Numbered from the stretch's first letter, positions 19,941 to 30,484 are shown. The stretch is DNA of 64,000 bases from Candidatus Shapirobacteria bacterium CG_4_10_14_0_8_um_filter_39_15 (GCA_002784465.1 PFLE01000011.1:3966-67965); one strand, 5' to 3'. Numbers and translations: made by a program. The notes: generated by a model not told the origin, from the letters alone.

Positions 19941-21278
19941 TCAATTATTTATTTTATTGACTTTAGATTTAGCCGTTCCTTGATATAATTTTAGATTAAG
20001 GGTTTGTCCTATTGATAACTGCTTAGCACTTTTAATTATTTTACCACTTTCGTTGGCAACAATACTATAACCTTGTTTTAAACGTGCTTCGGGGTTTCCT
20101 AAAGCTAATTTTTGTTCTAACTCAGACAAAAAAGTAGCAATAAACTTGCTCCAACGAAAAGATTCTCTATTAAGAAATGCTTCTTGTCTCGAAATTTCAT
20201 TTTTAATATTCGAGAGCAAATTTTGAATCACCCCCCAATTAGTAAAAAATTTCGTTTGAATTTGTTTTATTTGCGAAATTAATGTCCGGATTTGGGATTC
20301 CAACAACCTCTGTAGATCGTTTAGTTTTATTTCTTTAATACTAATTATTTTTCTGGGCAAGGCCAGAAAATAAGCTTCATTCGTGGCAACTATTTTTTTA
20401 TAATTACTGTGACTATTCATAAAAAGTGAGGTGATATTCTTTTGAGCATTTGTAATTGTTAATTCAGCATTTCTCCAATGCTCAGAAATGATTCGTGCAG
20501 CATCAGTTGGGGTAGAAGCGGAATAATCAGCTGCCAGATCCGCAAGCGTTTCATCGTTCTCGTGCCCAATACCCGTAACGATAGGAATTCTTGAACCAAT
20601 AATGGTTTTAACCATGGACTCCGAATTAAATGCTTGCAAGCTTTCTAAGCTTCCACCACCTCGAGTAATAACTAAAACTTCCACTTCCGGCAAGTTTTCA
20701 TTTAAAAATCTGATCGCCTTAGTAATTTCGTCAACGGCCATTAATCCCTCTACTCGAACACTTATAAAATTGATCTTATATCCAAAAACACCAATATGAG
20801 TTAGAAAATCATTTTTGGCATCACCAAAACCAGAAGTAATTAAACCAATTTTCTGAGGATATGGTGGGATTGGTTTCTTTCTTTCCGCCTCAAAATATCC
20901 TTCAGTCAGTAGTTGTTTTCTAAGTTTTTCAAAGGCTAATTTTAGAGCCCCTTCGCCAATTAAACCAAGATTTTCTATTTCAAAAGTAAACCGGCCGTTG
21001 GGCTTATAGATTCTGGAAAATCCCTTGACTTGAATTTCTAATCCTTCTTTAAGCTCAATCCCAAGATTATTAAGGATTCTTTGCCAAATAAAACATTTTA
21101 AAACCGCTTTTTCGTTTTTATCAAGAATTGAAAAAAATACATATCCGTTCCCGGGACTTATTTGGCTGATTTCTCCTTGAACAACTACTTTTTGTGGAGC
21201 AATTAGTGAATTAATAAAATCAAGGTATTCCGAAACTGTATATATCTTTTCTTCTGTTTTTAAATCATTCGATTTCAT
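19941..21278 (-). CDS. xseA: Exodeoxyribonuclease VII large subunit
   Basis: GEIS, IGLITS, RGGGSLE.L.AFN.E, GIGHE.D, TPT.AA, LKQGYSIV. Confidence 0.95.
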   Translation of the reverse strand: MKSNDLKTEEKIYTVSEYLDFINSLIAPQKVVVQGEISQISPGNGYVFFSILDKNEKAVLKCFIWQRILNNLGIELKEGLEIQVKGFSRIYKPNGRFTFEIENLGLIGEGALKLAFEKLRKQLLTEGYFEAERKKPIPPYPQKIGLITSGFGDAKNDFLTHIGVFGYKINFISVRVEGLMAVDEITKAIRFLNENLPEVEVLVITRGGGSLESLQAFNSESMVKTIIGSRIPIVTGIGHENDETLADLAADYSASTPTDAARIISEHWRNAELTITNAQKNITSLFMNSHSNYKKIVATNEAYFLALPRKIISIKEIKLNDLQRLLESQIRTLISQIKQIQTKFFTNWGVIQNLLSNIKNEISRQEAFLNRESFRWSKFIATFLSELEQKLALGNPEARLKQGYSIVANESGKIIKSAKQLSIGQTLNLKLYQGTAKSKVNKINN

Positions 21279-21295
21279 AACTTTTTATTATATAC

Positions 21296-21771
21296 TTATT
21301 TCTTTTCTAGAAAACGGAGCAAACAATTTCGGACAGCATTTGTTATAAATGGTTTTCTTTCTCTTATGTCTTTTCCGATTTGTAAATTAATTGGATTACT
21401 ATTATTAATAATATATTCTCTAACATAATCTCCAAGATATAAACCTTTTCCCAATATCTTTTGGTGAAATTTTGGCAAAACAAAAGTATGAGAGGGAACA
21501 CTCACTCTTAGACTATCATTAACAATTGATGTCCAGCAAAAGATTTCAAAATTTCCTTCATTATTTTTTTCGTAACTTACCTCGATTCCAATACCAAAAT
21601 CGGATTTATCTGATTTTTCGAAAGCTTTTATTGCCCGGGTTAAAGAGCCGCTTTGGGTTTCTTGAGAAGTCAAAGGTTGCTCCGAAATCCCGCTTTCGAC
21701 TGGAAAGGCTCAATAACGGCATCAATTTTTTGTTCCAATGTTCCACCAAAAGCAATTTTATAAGTGTTCAT
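21296..21771 (-). pseudogene. Hypothetical protein, apparently frameshifted near the 5' end
   Basis: ATG 21771 sits just behind the promoter at 21779-21807, but its frame stops after 33 codons; the listed 125-aa ORF is in another frame. Confidence 0.45.
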
Positions 21772-21812
21772 GCTATGAAGTTTAATTCAGAAACTTGGAA
21801 AATGCAAAAATA

Positions 21813-22103
21813 TTATAATAATCCCGGACGGGGACGAAGATCCTGCAGAAGGAAAAGCGACCAATAACCCCAACGATATGAATAATTACAAACCATTATT
21901 GGATCGGGAATAATAATTACCACAGTTAATGACTTTGGATCCATATTTTTCCTCCGATTTTCTTCCCGGTCTAAGCAGGTCTTCAATTTATTTTGATAAT
22001 CTTGATATCTATTTTCGGTGTAGACGCTGTAACTTTTCAACGCAATTAACAGCACACAGATAAGAAAAATTATTACAAATCTATACCTATAAACAAGTTT
22101 CAT
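21813..22103 (-). CDS. Hypothetical protein with N-terminal membrane anchor
   Basis: ORF with hydrophobic N-terminus. Confidence 0.55.
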   Translation of the reverse strand: MKLVYRYRFVIIFLICVLLIALKSYSVYTENRYQDYQNKLKTCLDREENRRKNMDPKSLTVVIIIPDPIMVCNYSYRWGYWSLFLLQDLRPRPGLL

Positions 22104-22248
22104 TTATTTAAGCCTAAGGTAAACAAAATAAAAAAGCAAACGGGGTGAAAATGCTTGCACTCAAAATTAGTCTTAGGCTAATTTTCAGGGCAAAAAATCC
22201 TTCCTTGTCATTCCGGGCGAAGACCCGAAATCCATACAAATAATCCTT

Positions 22249-22707
22249 TTATTTATTCATTCTTCCGACGTATTCACCCTGAGTTGGAAAACCTTTCTTA
22301 TAATCTTCAAAGAGTTTCTGTGATAGCGGGTGAGGAAAAAGATTTGCCGGTAAATTGTCGCTATCCAACCAAGTACACCAAACCGATCCATCGGAATGTT
22401 GCGGATCTAGAAGATGCTCTAATTCTTTAGATTTATCGATATCCCCTAAAATAAATAATTCGACACTGTGTTCGTTTTCTTCCGGTAAAATAAAAGCTCT
22501 GATATAGAGAACCTTTTTAAATTCGAATTTGGCTCCGTCACATTCTTCCGCTACTTCTCTAATGGATCCTTCCATAACCGTCTCCCCATATTCCAAATGT
22601 CCGCCGATGTAGTGATAATAATCGTGTTTTTGACGATACTGAACTAATACCTTGCCGTTTTTTATAACTACAATTCTTAACCTTACATTGATCTTGTGGT
22701 TTTCCAT
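22249..22707 (-). CDS. NUDIX hydrolase (intact)
   Basis: GGHLEYGETVMEGSIREVAEE Nudix box. Confidence 0.9.
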   Translation of the reverse strand: MENHKINVRLRIVVIKNGKVLVQYRQKHDYYHYIGGHLEYGETVMEGSIREVAEECDGAKFEFKKVLYIRAFILPEENEHSVELFILGDIDKSKELEHLLDPQHSDGSVWCTWLDSDNLPANLFPHPLSQKLFEDYKKGFPTQGEYVGRMNK

Positions 22708-22783
22708 CTTTTTGAGTTTAAATCAAACCGGGTGAAAATGCTATAGTCCTGAGCGAGTGTGGCGAGTCGAAGGACAAAAAAAC

Positions 22784-23188
22784 TTAAATTATTTTTTGAA
22801 ATATTTCATTGGGAATAAGAATTCTAACGTTATCTCCCTCGTCTCGAACGAAAATAGTCCCGTATTTATCCTGAAAGGCAGTTTCGAGAATCGTGATAAT
22901 GCCTGGTCTGTTTTTTGTTTTTGGATCTAAATGCCCAATCATTTCTGCCATATATTCTCCAGTACCTCCACTTAAAATTAGAATTTCAACACCGGCTTTT
23001 AAAGCCACATTTTCCATTCTTAACATTAATTTATTTACCCTTAGGTTGTTGTAATGAAACAGCCTGTCTCGGTAAAGAAGAGAGAAAGGATAATATTGAG
23101 TTAACCAAGTCATAAATGAACAATTTAGGCTTTTCAGTTTCCAAAAGATTGAAAAAGAAGTTTGCGGTATGATCTTTTGATCTAACAT
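22784..23188 (-). CDS. Hypothetical protein
   Basis: ORF preceded by promoter 23201-23229; no recognisable motif. Confidence 0.4.
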   Translation of the reverse strand: MLDQKIIPQTSFSIFWKLKSLNCSFMTWLTQYYPFSLLYRDRLFHYNNLRVNKLMLRMENVALKAGVEILILSGGTGEYMAEMIGHLDPKTKNRPGIITILETAFQDKYGTIFVRDEGDNVRILIPNEIFQKII

Positions 23189-23382
23189 AAGACTAAATGG
23201 AGTTTAAAGCAGTCGAAAGGAAAATGCAAAAAACATTCCCCTTCCGATGTGGAAATTACGAAACTTCCTCCCAATTTTCCTTCAAGTCAAATAATTAAAG
23301 TGTTTTCGGACATCGTAACTTGTAGTTTGATTTGGGATTATTTTCATCGTTTTTATTTCACCCGATAAAGCATCGCGGGCCC

Positions 23383-23628
23383 TCATAACACACTCCTCAT
23401 TATTCCAGGAGTTTTAGAAAACGGATATTTTTTATCGTTCATAAAATCGTTGTCCAATGTAACGAGTGAATAACCCTTGCTTTTACAGTAATCAAAATAA
23501 TACTGATCTCCCTTATTCCTTAAATTAAGATCGATTGCATTGAATAACCTTACATTTTCTTTTAGATTACTATTTCTTATAGAGTTAGCCACCTCTATAT
23601 GTTTTAAGTATATTTTTTGTCTTTTCAA
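23383..23628 (-). pseudogene. PIN-like (DUF5615-type) domain remnant
   Basis: GD..YF.YC..KGYSLVTLDNDF...TPGI pattern; no clear start and a truncated end. Confidence 0.5.
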
Positions 23629-23694
23629 GATTTTTGTTTAAATAAATTAATCTTTTCTCAACTTCCGGATATTTTATTTAAGTAATTTAACCCC

Positions 23695-23724
23695 TTGACA
23701 ACTTTCGTATTTCTTTCGTATAGT
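23695..23724 (+). promoter_or_regulatory. Promoter of the LexA-MTase fusion with a direct repeat in the spacer
   Basis: TTGACA 23695-23700, TATAGT 23719-23724; CTTTCGTA at 23702 and 23713. Confidence 0.6.
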
Positions 23725-23739
23725 ATATCTACAATTAAA

Positions 23740-25173
23740 ATGAAAATCAAGACCCTTACACCTAAACAAAAGAAAGTACTCGATTTTATAAACAAATTCA
23801 TCAAAAAGAACGGTTATTCTCCATCCTTGGAAGAAATGGCTAGTTACCTAAAATTGAATTCGGTCTCTACGGTTCATCAATTTATAGAAATCCTAAAAAA
23901 CAAGGGTTATATTAACAAGGAAGAAAATAAACCCCGATCAATTACCTCTGGATTTACCGAAATCCCCCTTTGTGGTTATATTGCAGCAGGCGAACCAATA
24001 GAGGCAATTTCTAATCCTCAACCGTTCAAGATTCCACAGGCTATCGTTAGTAAGACTGGCTTTTATTACGCTTTAAAAGTTAGAGGAAATAGTATGGTTG
24101 AAGACTGTATATATGATGGAGATACAATAATAATTAAACATCAAGATACCGCTGAAAATGGACAAAAAGTAGTGGCTCTAATTGACAATCTTGAAGTAAC
24201 TCTCAAAAAGATTTATAAAGAGAATGGGAAAATTAGATTACAACCGGCAAATCGAAACATGAATCCTCTCTTTGTCGATCCCTCAAGAGTAATTATTCAA
24301 GGAATAGTAATAGATATTCTTAAAAATAAGTCGATCGTTTCGGAGACGCCACTTATAGATCATACCGCACGACATATAAACACTAACCCCAAAGATCTAG
24401 GTGAATTATTGAATCAGGTAATAGAAGGTGACTGTCTTGAGGTGATGAACAGTATACCAAATAAATCCATCGATATGATATTATGTGATCTCCCTTATGG
24501 AAATACTCAAAACAACTGGGATAGTGTTATTCCGTTAGATAAACTTTGGTCGCACTATGAACGAGTTATTAAAAATAACGGCGTAATCGCTTTAACCTCT
24601 CAAGGATTATTTACTGCCAAATTAATTTTGAGTAATCCAAAACTGTTTAAATATAAAATCGTTTGGATTAAATCTAAATCTACCAACTTCTTAAATGCCA
24701 AAAAACAACCATTAAGACGACATGAAGATATTTGTATTTTCTACAAAAACCAACCGTCTTATAATCCTCAAATGTCACCCGGGGAACCTTATAATAAAGG
24801 TTTCAGAAAAAATCAACTTACGGGGAGTTATGGTGATTTTAATTCAGTCGAGGTTAAAAGTGACGGCTTACGTTATCCTACAGATGTCGTTTACTACAAA
24901 ACCGCAGAAAGCGAAGGAAAAGTATTTCACCCGACCCAAAAACCAGTAGAACTGGGAAGGTATTTGATTAAAACGTTCACAAAAACAGGCGATATTGTTT
25001 TAGACAATACTTGTGGCAGTGGTAGTTTCCTTGTTGCAGCAATCTTGGAAAAAAGACGGTTTATTGGGATCGAAAAAAATCAAGAAACATTCTTACATAA
25101 AAAACAGAGGGTTAACTATATCGAAATATGCAAAGAAAGAATAGAAAAAGCTAGAAAAGAACTAAAGAAATAA
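23740..25173 (+). CDS. LexA repressor fused to a beta-class N4/N6 DNA methyltransferase
   Basis: LTPKQK wHTH, IAAG, GNSM, TLKK, then GDCLEVM, CDLPYG, HPTQKP, DNTCGSGS in one frame; ATG 23740. Confidence 0.9.
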   Translation: MKIKTLTPKQKKVLDFINKFIKKNGYSPSLEEMASYLKLNSVSTVHQFIEILKNKGYINKEENKPRSITSGFTEIPLCGYIAAGEPIEAISNPQPFKIPQAIVSKTGFYYALKVRGNSMVEDCIYDGDTIIIKHQDTAENGQKVVALIDNLEVTLKKIYKENGKIRLQPANRNMNPLFVDPSRVIIQGIVIDILKNKSIVSETPLIDHTARHINTNPKDLGELLNQVIEGDCLEVMNSIPNKSIDMILCDLPYGNTQNNWDSVIPLDKLWSHYERVIKNNGVIALTSQGLFTAKLILSNPKLFKYKIVWIKSKSTNFLNAKKQPLRRHEDICIFYKNQPSYNPQMSPGEPYNKGFRKNQLTGSYGDFNSVEVKSDGLRYPTDVVYYKTAESEGKVFHPTQKPVELGRYLIKTFTKTGDIVLDNTCGSGSFLVAAILEKRRFIGIEKNQETFLHKKQRVNYIEICKERIEKARKELKK

Positions 25174-26108
25174 CTAAAATTTGGTTAATTTTTTCGATTT
25201 CTTGATCAGTAATTTGACCTTTCTCTTTTAGCCACTGCAAGAAATGAAAATATTGATTAGGGTGCAAAATTGGTCTTACAACTTCGACTAGACCAATTTG
25301 CTCTTTAACAAAATTAAGGTGTTTTTCTTGAAGAACCCCTCGTCCTATTAAGTCATAAACAATTCTAATAGCGTCCGCAGAAGTAAGATTTAAGTCTCCT
25401 TTTCTGTTCTTATCGATTTCAACATCTTGCGAACTAATTGACAAAATGTCTTCTAAGGTATTAAAACCATTTAGGTTCTTATTATAGAATTCTATCTCTT
25501 GCCCCCGATAAGTAAACCACGTTTTTCCTTGTTCTGTTAAAGATCCTCGAGGTAAATAAACCCCTTCTCTTTCGACCCTTTCTTTCGAAACCCAACCACA
25601 AACATACAAAATCCATTTTTTCTGCTTCTTTGTTCCCGGTAATAATCTGTTGCTGGGAGTTTCTAAGTGGGTCATTAAATATATGTCTGTATCAAGCTTT
25701 TTGTCGTATACTTGTCTTGCAAAAAAGTTGTGTTTAGCCTCTCGGGGAATTTTATCACCACTTAGATATTCCTCTTTAAACGGTAAGGATCCTCCTCTGC
25801 ATTTAACATCAATCTTAACTCCGGTTGGAAGTAAAATATCATAAGCAATCGAGTGATTTTCCATTGTCATTTCTGGCAATCCTAGTTTATTTCGAAGAAC
25901 AATCTCGGCCAATGCTCCGAAACCTTGCTCTTCGATATTTCCTCGTTCTGCGCCTGTCTTATTCAGATTTTTCGATATAGATTGCGCAGCTTGTTCACGT
26001 AAACTAAAACCTAAATCATCCGTGAGTTTTATAACTATTGGTCTTGGGGAATAATATTTATAGATCTTTCCTATTTTAGCACTTTTTATATTCTAAAATG
26101 AAATTCAT
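25151..26108 (-). pseudogene. Putative type II restriction endonuclease (PD-(D/E)xK), frameshifted near the 5' end
   Basis: G.LAE...YDILL...KIDVK motif, convergent with the MTase; ATG 26108 (MNFILEYK) goes out of frame at an A5 run. Confidence 0.6.
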
Positions 26109-26233
26109 AGAAAATAGAAGAAAATTAAAAGAAGTTATTATTTATAACAACTATCACAATTTGTCCCAATTTTACTTTACTTCTCTTTTCTTCACAAGAA
26201 AGAAGGAAAGTTGAGGGAAATAATTAAAGATTC

Positions 26234-27013
26234 TTATCCTGCTCTTTGTGCTTCTTGTGTGAGAGGAGAAGAAATTGGCGTAGGAGTTTTTTCACCTGGT
26301 CGGTGAAGACTAATATCACCGCAAGCCTGCCAAATATGTTCAAGCACTGGCATTATTCGGGGATTATTAATCGCTATTACTTTATTTAAGGGAGAATAAA
26401 GAAAATTATTAAGTCCTCCTTTGGTGGAATTTTTTAACTTTGAAAATTCATGAAACCCGGCATATAAACTCTCGGGGTATTTGGGATCTGGGTTTTGGGC
26501 TATAGATCTTCCTAAATCAAGGGCATTAAGAAAATCTTTTTCTCTCATTTTTCCTTCCGGACGATCACCAATGCAATATAGATGAAAAAGAGTTTCTGCT
26601 GACAAGGTAGGAAATTCTACTACCTGCGGTGGAACACTAACGTTAATCTTTCCAAATTTAAGGGTTGCCTCACTGGGTTTAATTTCTGCAATATTATGAT
26701 AAACAGCCCCGATACTTAACGGGGTTGGATTCTCGCGTCGAACTTTAACGGCTAAATCTTTTTTTGCTTGAGAAAATAGAATATCAACGTCTCTCCAAGT
26801 TCCTTCCGGGCTCATAACCACAAAATCCTCCTTTTGTAAAACTGCATCCCTGGCAATTCCGCCAATTACCCACCACCCTTCTTTTCCACCAGCTTCTTGC
26901 TCCACTACAGTTAGAAGATTATGTAAATGAGTCAGGTAAACTTCTCTATCTTGTGGAGTGCTTTCAACAATACGAACATTTCCTCTGGTATTAATTACTC
27001 TATCCGGAAGCAA
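26234..27013 (-). CDS. Hypothetical nucleotidyltransferase-fold protein
   Basis: WVIGGIARD...RDVDILF resembles the pol-beta-type GG..RD/DxD motif. Confidence 0.55.
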   Translation of the reverse strand: MLPDRVINTRGNVRIVESTPQDREVYLTHLHNLLTVVEQEAGGKEGWWVIGGIARDAVLQKEDFVVMSPEGTWRDVDILFSQAKKDLAVKVRRENPTPLSIGAVYHNIAEIKPSEATLKFGKINVSVPPQVVEFPTLSAETLFHLYCIGDRPEGKMREKDFLNALDLGRSIAQNPDPKYPESLYAGFHEFSKLKNSTKGGLNNFLYSPLNKVIAINNPRIMPVLEHIWQACGDISLHRPGEKTPTPISSPLTQEAQRAG

Positions 27014-27030
27014 GCCATTTATGGATTGTT

Positions 27031-27309
27031 AACTAAAGCCATTGTTGGGCAAAAGTACCACCACCATATCTTCCGGCAGATGATCTAACGCCAACCGCAA
27101 TTGAATTCCATAACATTAAAACTTGGATTATGCATTTGTTCCCAAGCACCCATAAATTGAATTGTGTATTTCGTAGATAACCAATTGGCAATCACAATAC
27201 CGGTTGCTTCACGATCTTTGAACTTTGCCATGTCAGTCAAAGATATATATTCTTCTTCCTTATCTTTAATTACCGATATTTTAAGTCCATGAGCGATAAT
27301 TTTCTTCAT
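27031..27309 (-). pseudogene. KilA-N domain protein remnant
   Basis: EYISLTDMAK, IANWL....TIQFMG.WE..HNP.FN, then AGRYGGGTFA in a shifted frame. Confidence 0.8.
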
Positions 27310-27427
27310 AATTTCTATTTAATTTTACCCCTTCAAGCATTTCGAGGCAAGCCCTTTTTCCACCCTCTAGCAATAGAAATTTATTCTTTTCCAATAAAGT
27401 AATGAAGCAATCAAAGGTATTGAGTAT

Positions 27428-27661
27428 TCAGTGTTTAGTTTTCAGTTTTGAAATTACTTTTTCCCAATATCTCCCTTTAGCTTGAAAGAAGAGAAGGTAA
27501 ATAATTTCCAAAATTCCCACACTATTAAGAATGAGAATCACAGTAAACCATTGCTTTTGTTCATTTTGAGCGGCTTTCCATAAAGCCCAGCCTTTCCAGA
27601 ACAAAGACCAAATCATTAATAGCAGAAAAGGCAAACTAGAAATCATTTGATTTATATCCAT
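27428..27661 (-). CDS. Small membrane protein (DUF5652-like)
   Basis: WSLFWKGWALWKAA..EQK.WF...N.VGILEIIYL. Confidence 0.8.
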   Translation of the reverse strand: MDINQMISSLPFLLLMIWSLFWKGWALWKAAQNEQKQWFTVILILNSVGILEIIYLLFFQAKGRYWEKVISKLKTKH

Positions 27662-27673
27662 ATTTGTATCATA

Positions 27674-28018
27674 TCACAAAGGGGAAATGTTTTTAATCAC
27701 TCGTGTTTCATTGTAATCGATGCAGACTGCGTCTATTCGAAGTTGTTCAGGAAGTTCAGGATGAAGTAATTTATAATAGTCCCCCACTCTGGCTATTTTT
27801 CTGATTTTCCAGGGAGTAATTGCTTCTTCCGGCAGACCATACCAAGAATTTGATCTTGTTTTAACTTCAACAAAGATTAAAACATTGTCATCTAAAGCAA
27901 TAATATCAATTTCCCCGATTTTACAGGAAAAATTTCTTTGAAGAATTTTGTATCCTTGTTTTCGAAGAATGTCAACGGCTAAACTTTCACCCCTTCCTCC
28001 TAAATCTTTCGAACTCAT
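27674..28018 (-). CDS. YraN family protein
   Basis: G..GE..A...L..GY.IL.RN, GEIDII, FVEVKTR, RIDA. Confidence 0.9.
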   Translation of the reverse strand: MSSKDLGGRGESLAVDILRKQGYKILQRNFSCKIGEIDIIALDDNVLIFVEVKTRSNSWYGLPEEAITPWKIRKIARVGDYYKLLHPELPEQLRIDAVCIDYNETRVIKNISPL

Positions 28019-28314
28019 TTATTCAATTTTTTAATTTCTTTTTTAGTTTGGGTTCTTAAATAATAAAGTTTGGCTCTTTTTACTTTAGAAGTTTTCTTGA
28101 CTTCGACTTTTTGAAGCAAAGGTGAAGCAACCGGAAAAACTCTTTCGATTCCGACTCCGGCCGCCCCAATCCGCCGAACCGTAAAGGATTGATTTTCCAA
28201 GCTGCCCCGAATGGCCATGAGCATCCCTTCAAAATAATTTCCTTCACCAAAATAAACGCGGATTAAATCACCGACTTTTGCTTTTATTTCTTTGAAATTT
28301 AATTGATTTGCCAT
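28015..28314 (-). CDS. rplS: 50S ribosomal protein L19
   Basis: FEG, FTVRRIG..GVGIERVFP, VKRAKLYYLR. Confidence 0.95.
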   Translation of the reverse strand: MANQLNFKEIKAKVGDLIRVYFGEGNYFEGMLMAIRGSLENQSFTVRRIGAAGVGIERVFPVASPLLQKVEVKKTSKVKRAKLYYLRTQTKKEIKKLNK

Positions 28315-28420
28315 TTGAAGTATTTTAGCAGATTTTAGAAGAAAATAAAAGTGCAGTACCGGAAGAATATCAAAACAACAAGAAAGTTGTACTTTTCTTA
28401 TTATTGAACCCCTCCGGTAC

Positions 28421-30403
28421 TTAGAAGTTCACAACTGGACCGTCGTATGTAATCTTACCCATATTGATGATCACAACGCGAGAAGCAGTCTTTGCCACCT
28501 GCTGGTCATGGGTAACGATTACGACGGCGATTCCTTTTTGTATCAGTGCTTGTACTAAATCTAGAACTTTGGCAATTCCGTCTGCATCAAGCCCGATGGT
28601 TGGTTCGTCTAGAATCAGGACTTGAATTCCCGCGGTTGAGGCAGAAATCGCGAGCATTTCTACTTCACTTGGATGAAGATCCAATGGACAGCTTAGTGGT
28701 TCCAAACCGGTCCAATCAATTCCTTCCGTAACGAACGCTTCAATTCTACCCGAATCCCAATGTTGTATTTTAGGACTGAACGAAAGTTCGTCATTCACTG
28801 TCATTGAGATAGTTTGAAGAGAGGCATTTTGAAAGACGTAGCCGACTCCTCCTCTCGCCTTGACATTTCCCTTGATTGGCTTAATTGCACCGGCAAGAGT
28901 CAGCATCGCAGTTGTTTTTCCGGAACCATTAGGTCCCATAACAACCACAAGTTCGCCTTCTCTTAAGTCTAGCGAGATGCCGTTAAGAATTGCTGTTCCG
29001 TCTAGCTCCACATAGACATTGTCCATTTTAGCGATAATCTCTCCCGGAATAACAGACATTGGTGGCCGGAATTCGCGTAGAAGAGAGTATCGGGAAAGCA
29101 TCTCTTCGGTGAAGAACTCTCCGGGAAGAACATCCTGCGCAATTGTTCCTTTTTCTAGGGTAACTACCCGTGTAACAAAAGGTTTTATTTCACTCCAAAA
29201 GGGATCAGCGATTATCACGGTGCAAGGATTTTGAACGAGGAAATCCTTAAGAGCACTCAAGAATTCCTGCCGTCCTTGCGGATCAAGTTCCTGCATTGGG
29301 GAATCAAAAAGAAGAATTTTTGCTGTAGAAGCGAGAATTCCGGCAAGAACAAGCCGAACTTGCTGTCCTCCCGAAAGTTTAGTTATCTCCTTTTCCCACA
29401 AATCCCCGATTCCCATTATCTCAAGGGTTCTTCGTGCACTGATTTCGTTTTCGGCGAGGAAAGTTATCTCCTGCCCAACAGTGAGTCCGTGAAACGAAGC
29501 AAAGGGATCCGGGGATATATAACGGACTGATCCGGAAAGTTTTGCTAGGGACGTATTCATCGTATTCATCCCTGATGCAGTAACGCTTCCCATGAATTCG
29601 CCCATAATTGAACTGATAATACCCCCTACTACCCTAAGGAGCGTCGTTTTTCCAGATCCCGACCTCCCTGCTAGGTAGATAAATTCTCCACCATCAACCC
29701 TTAGGTTAATTCCCGTCAATACATCCGGAAGGAGGGGCGAGTAGCGAACATGTACGTCATTCAGAATAAGATCCCCATTTCCTTCAGGCTTTGTTCGTGT
29801 ATGCGATAAGCTGGCGGCTGCTCCTTTCTGAGTGTTGTCTATCACTCGAGGAATTATCGCCATTGCAAGTGGAATGAGATTCCTAATACTGGCGATTGGC
29901 GAATCCCACTTCAGCCCACGAATGATAAGCGATTGCGTGAGAGCCACAAACTCTCTTTTGATAATCTGGACCCCTCGAAGAATTGTCAAAACCCAAGGTT
30001 CTGCAGGTTTTATCCAGGATAATCCTTCGTACATCTCTGGAAGAGAGGTAGAAAGAAGCCAGGCAAACGAGATAAGCATCGCCCCGATGATTCTTGTCCC
30101 CATCACCAATCCTCTCTCGAAACCTGCTTGGTTCACTGTGAAAACTAACCATTGCCAGCCGCCATGACCTCTAGCGGAGAAAATCACGTTATAGAAAAAC
30201 ATCATCGCCCCGGTAATGGGAGCAGCTAAAACCAACTTCCAATTCCGATTTTCGCCCACAAGATAAATTACAATTCCAACAAGAAGGAAAAGGATTGCAC
30301 CCGGAATGTTGTTAATGAAAATGTAGAGACAACCGCTGGTGAAAACGACTACCAGCCTCACTCTTGGTGATAGAAAAGACAAACCTCTCTTCCTCGTCTT
30401 CAT
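28421..30403 (-). CDS. ECF-type T component fused to two ABC ATPase domains
   Basis: N-terminal TM domain with xRG-like motif (IIRG); GRSGSGKT/LSGGQ and GPNGSGKT/ILDEPT/VTHD. Confidence 0.85.
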   Translation of the reverse strand: MKTRKRGLSFLSPRVRLVVVFTSGCLYIFINNIPGAILFLLVGIVIYLVGENRNWKLVLAAPITGAMMFFYNVIFSARGHGGWQWLVFTVNQAGFERGLVMGTRIIGAMLISFAWLLSTSLPEMYEGLSWIKPAEPWVLTILRGVQIIKREFVALTQSLIIRGLKWDSPIASIRNLIPLAMAIIPRVIDNTQKGAAASLSHTRTKPEGNGDLILNDVHVRYSPLLPDVLTGINLRVDGGEFIYLAGRSGSGKTTLLRVVGGIISSIMGEFMGSVTASGMNTMNTSLAKLSGSVRYISPDPFASFHGLTVGQEITFLAENEISARRTLEIMGIGDLWEKEITKLSGGQQVRLVLAGILASTAKILLFDSPMQELDPQGRQEFLSALKDFLVQNPCTVIIADPFWSEIKPFVTRVVTLEKGTIAQDVLPGEFFTEEMLSRYSLLREFRPPMSVIPGEIIAKMDNVYVELDGTAILNGISLDLREGELVVVMGPNGSGKTTAMLTLAGAIKPIKGNVKARGGVGYVFQNASLQTISMTVNDELSFSPKIQHWDSGRIEAFVTEGIDWTGLEPLSCPLDLHPSEVEMLAISASTAGIQVLILDEPTIGLDADGIAKVLDLVQALIQKGIAVVIVTHDQQVAKTASRVVIINMGKITYDGPVVNF

Positions 30404-30484
30404 ATCTGCCTCCTAGAATACGTGGGACCGGACAGGCCAAATTGGGAACTGTCCGATCCCACTGACTAATGGAACCCAACAATG

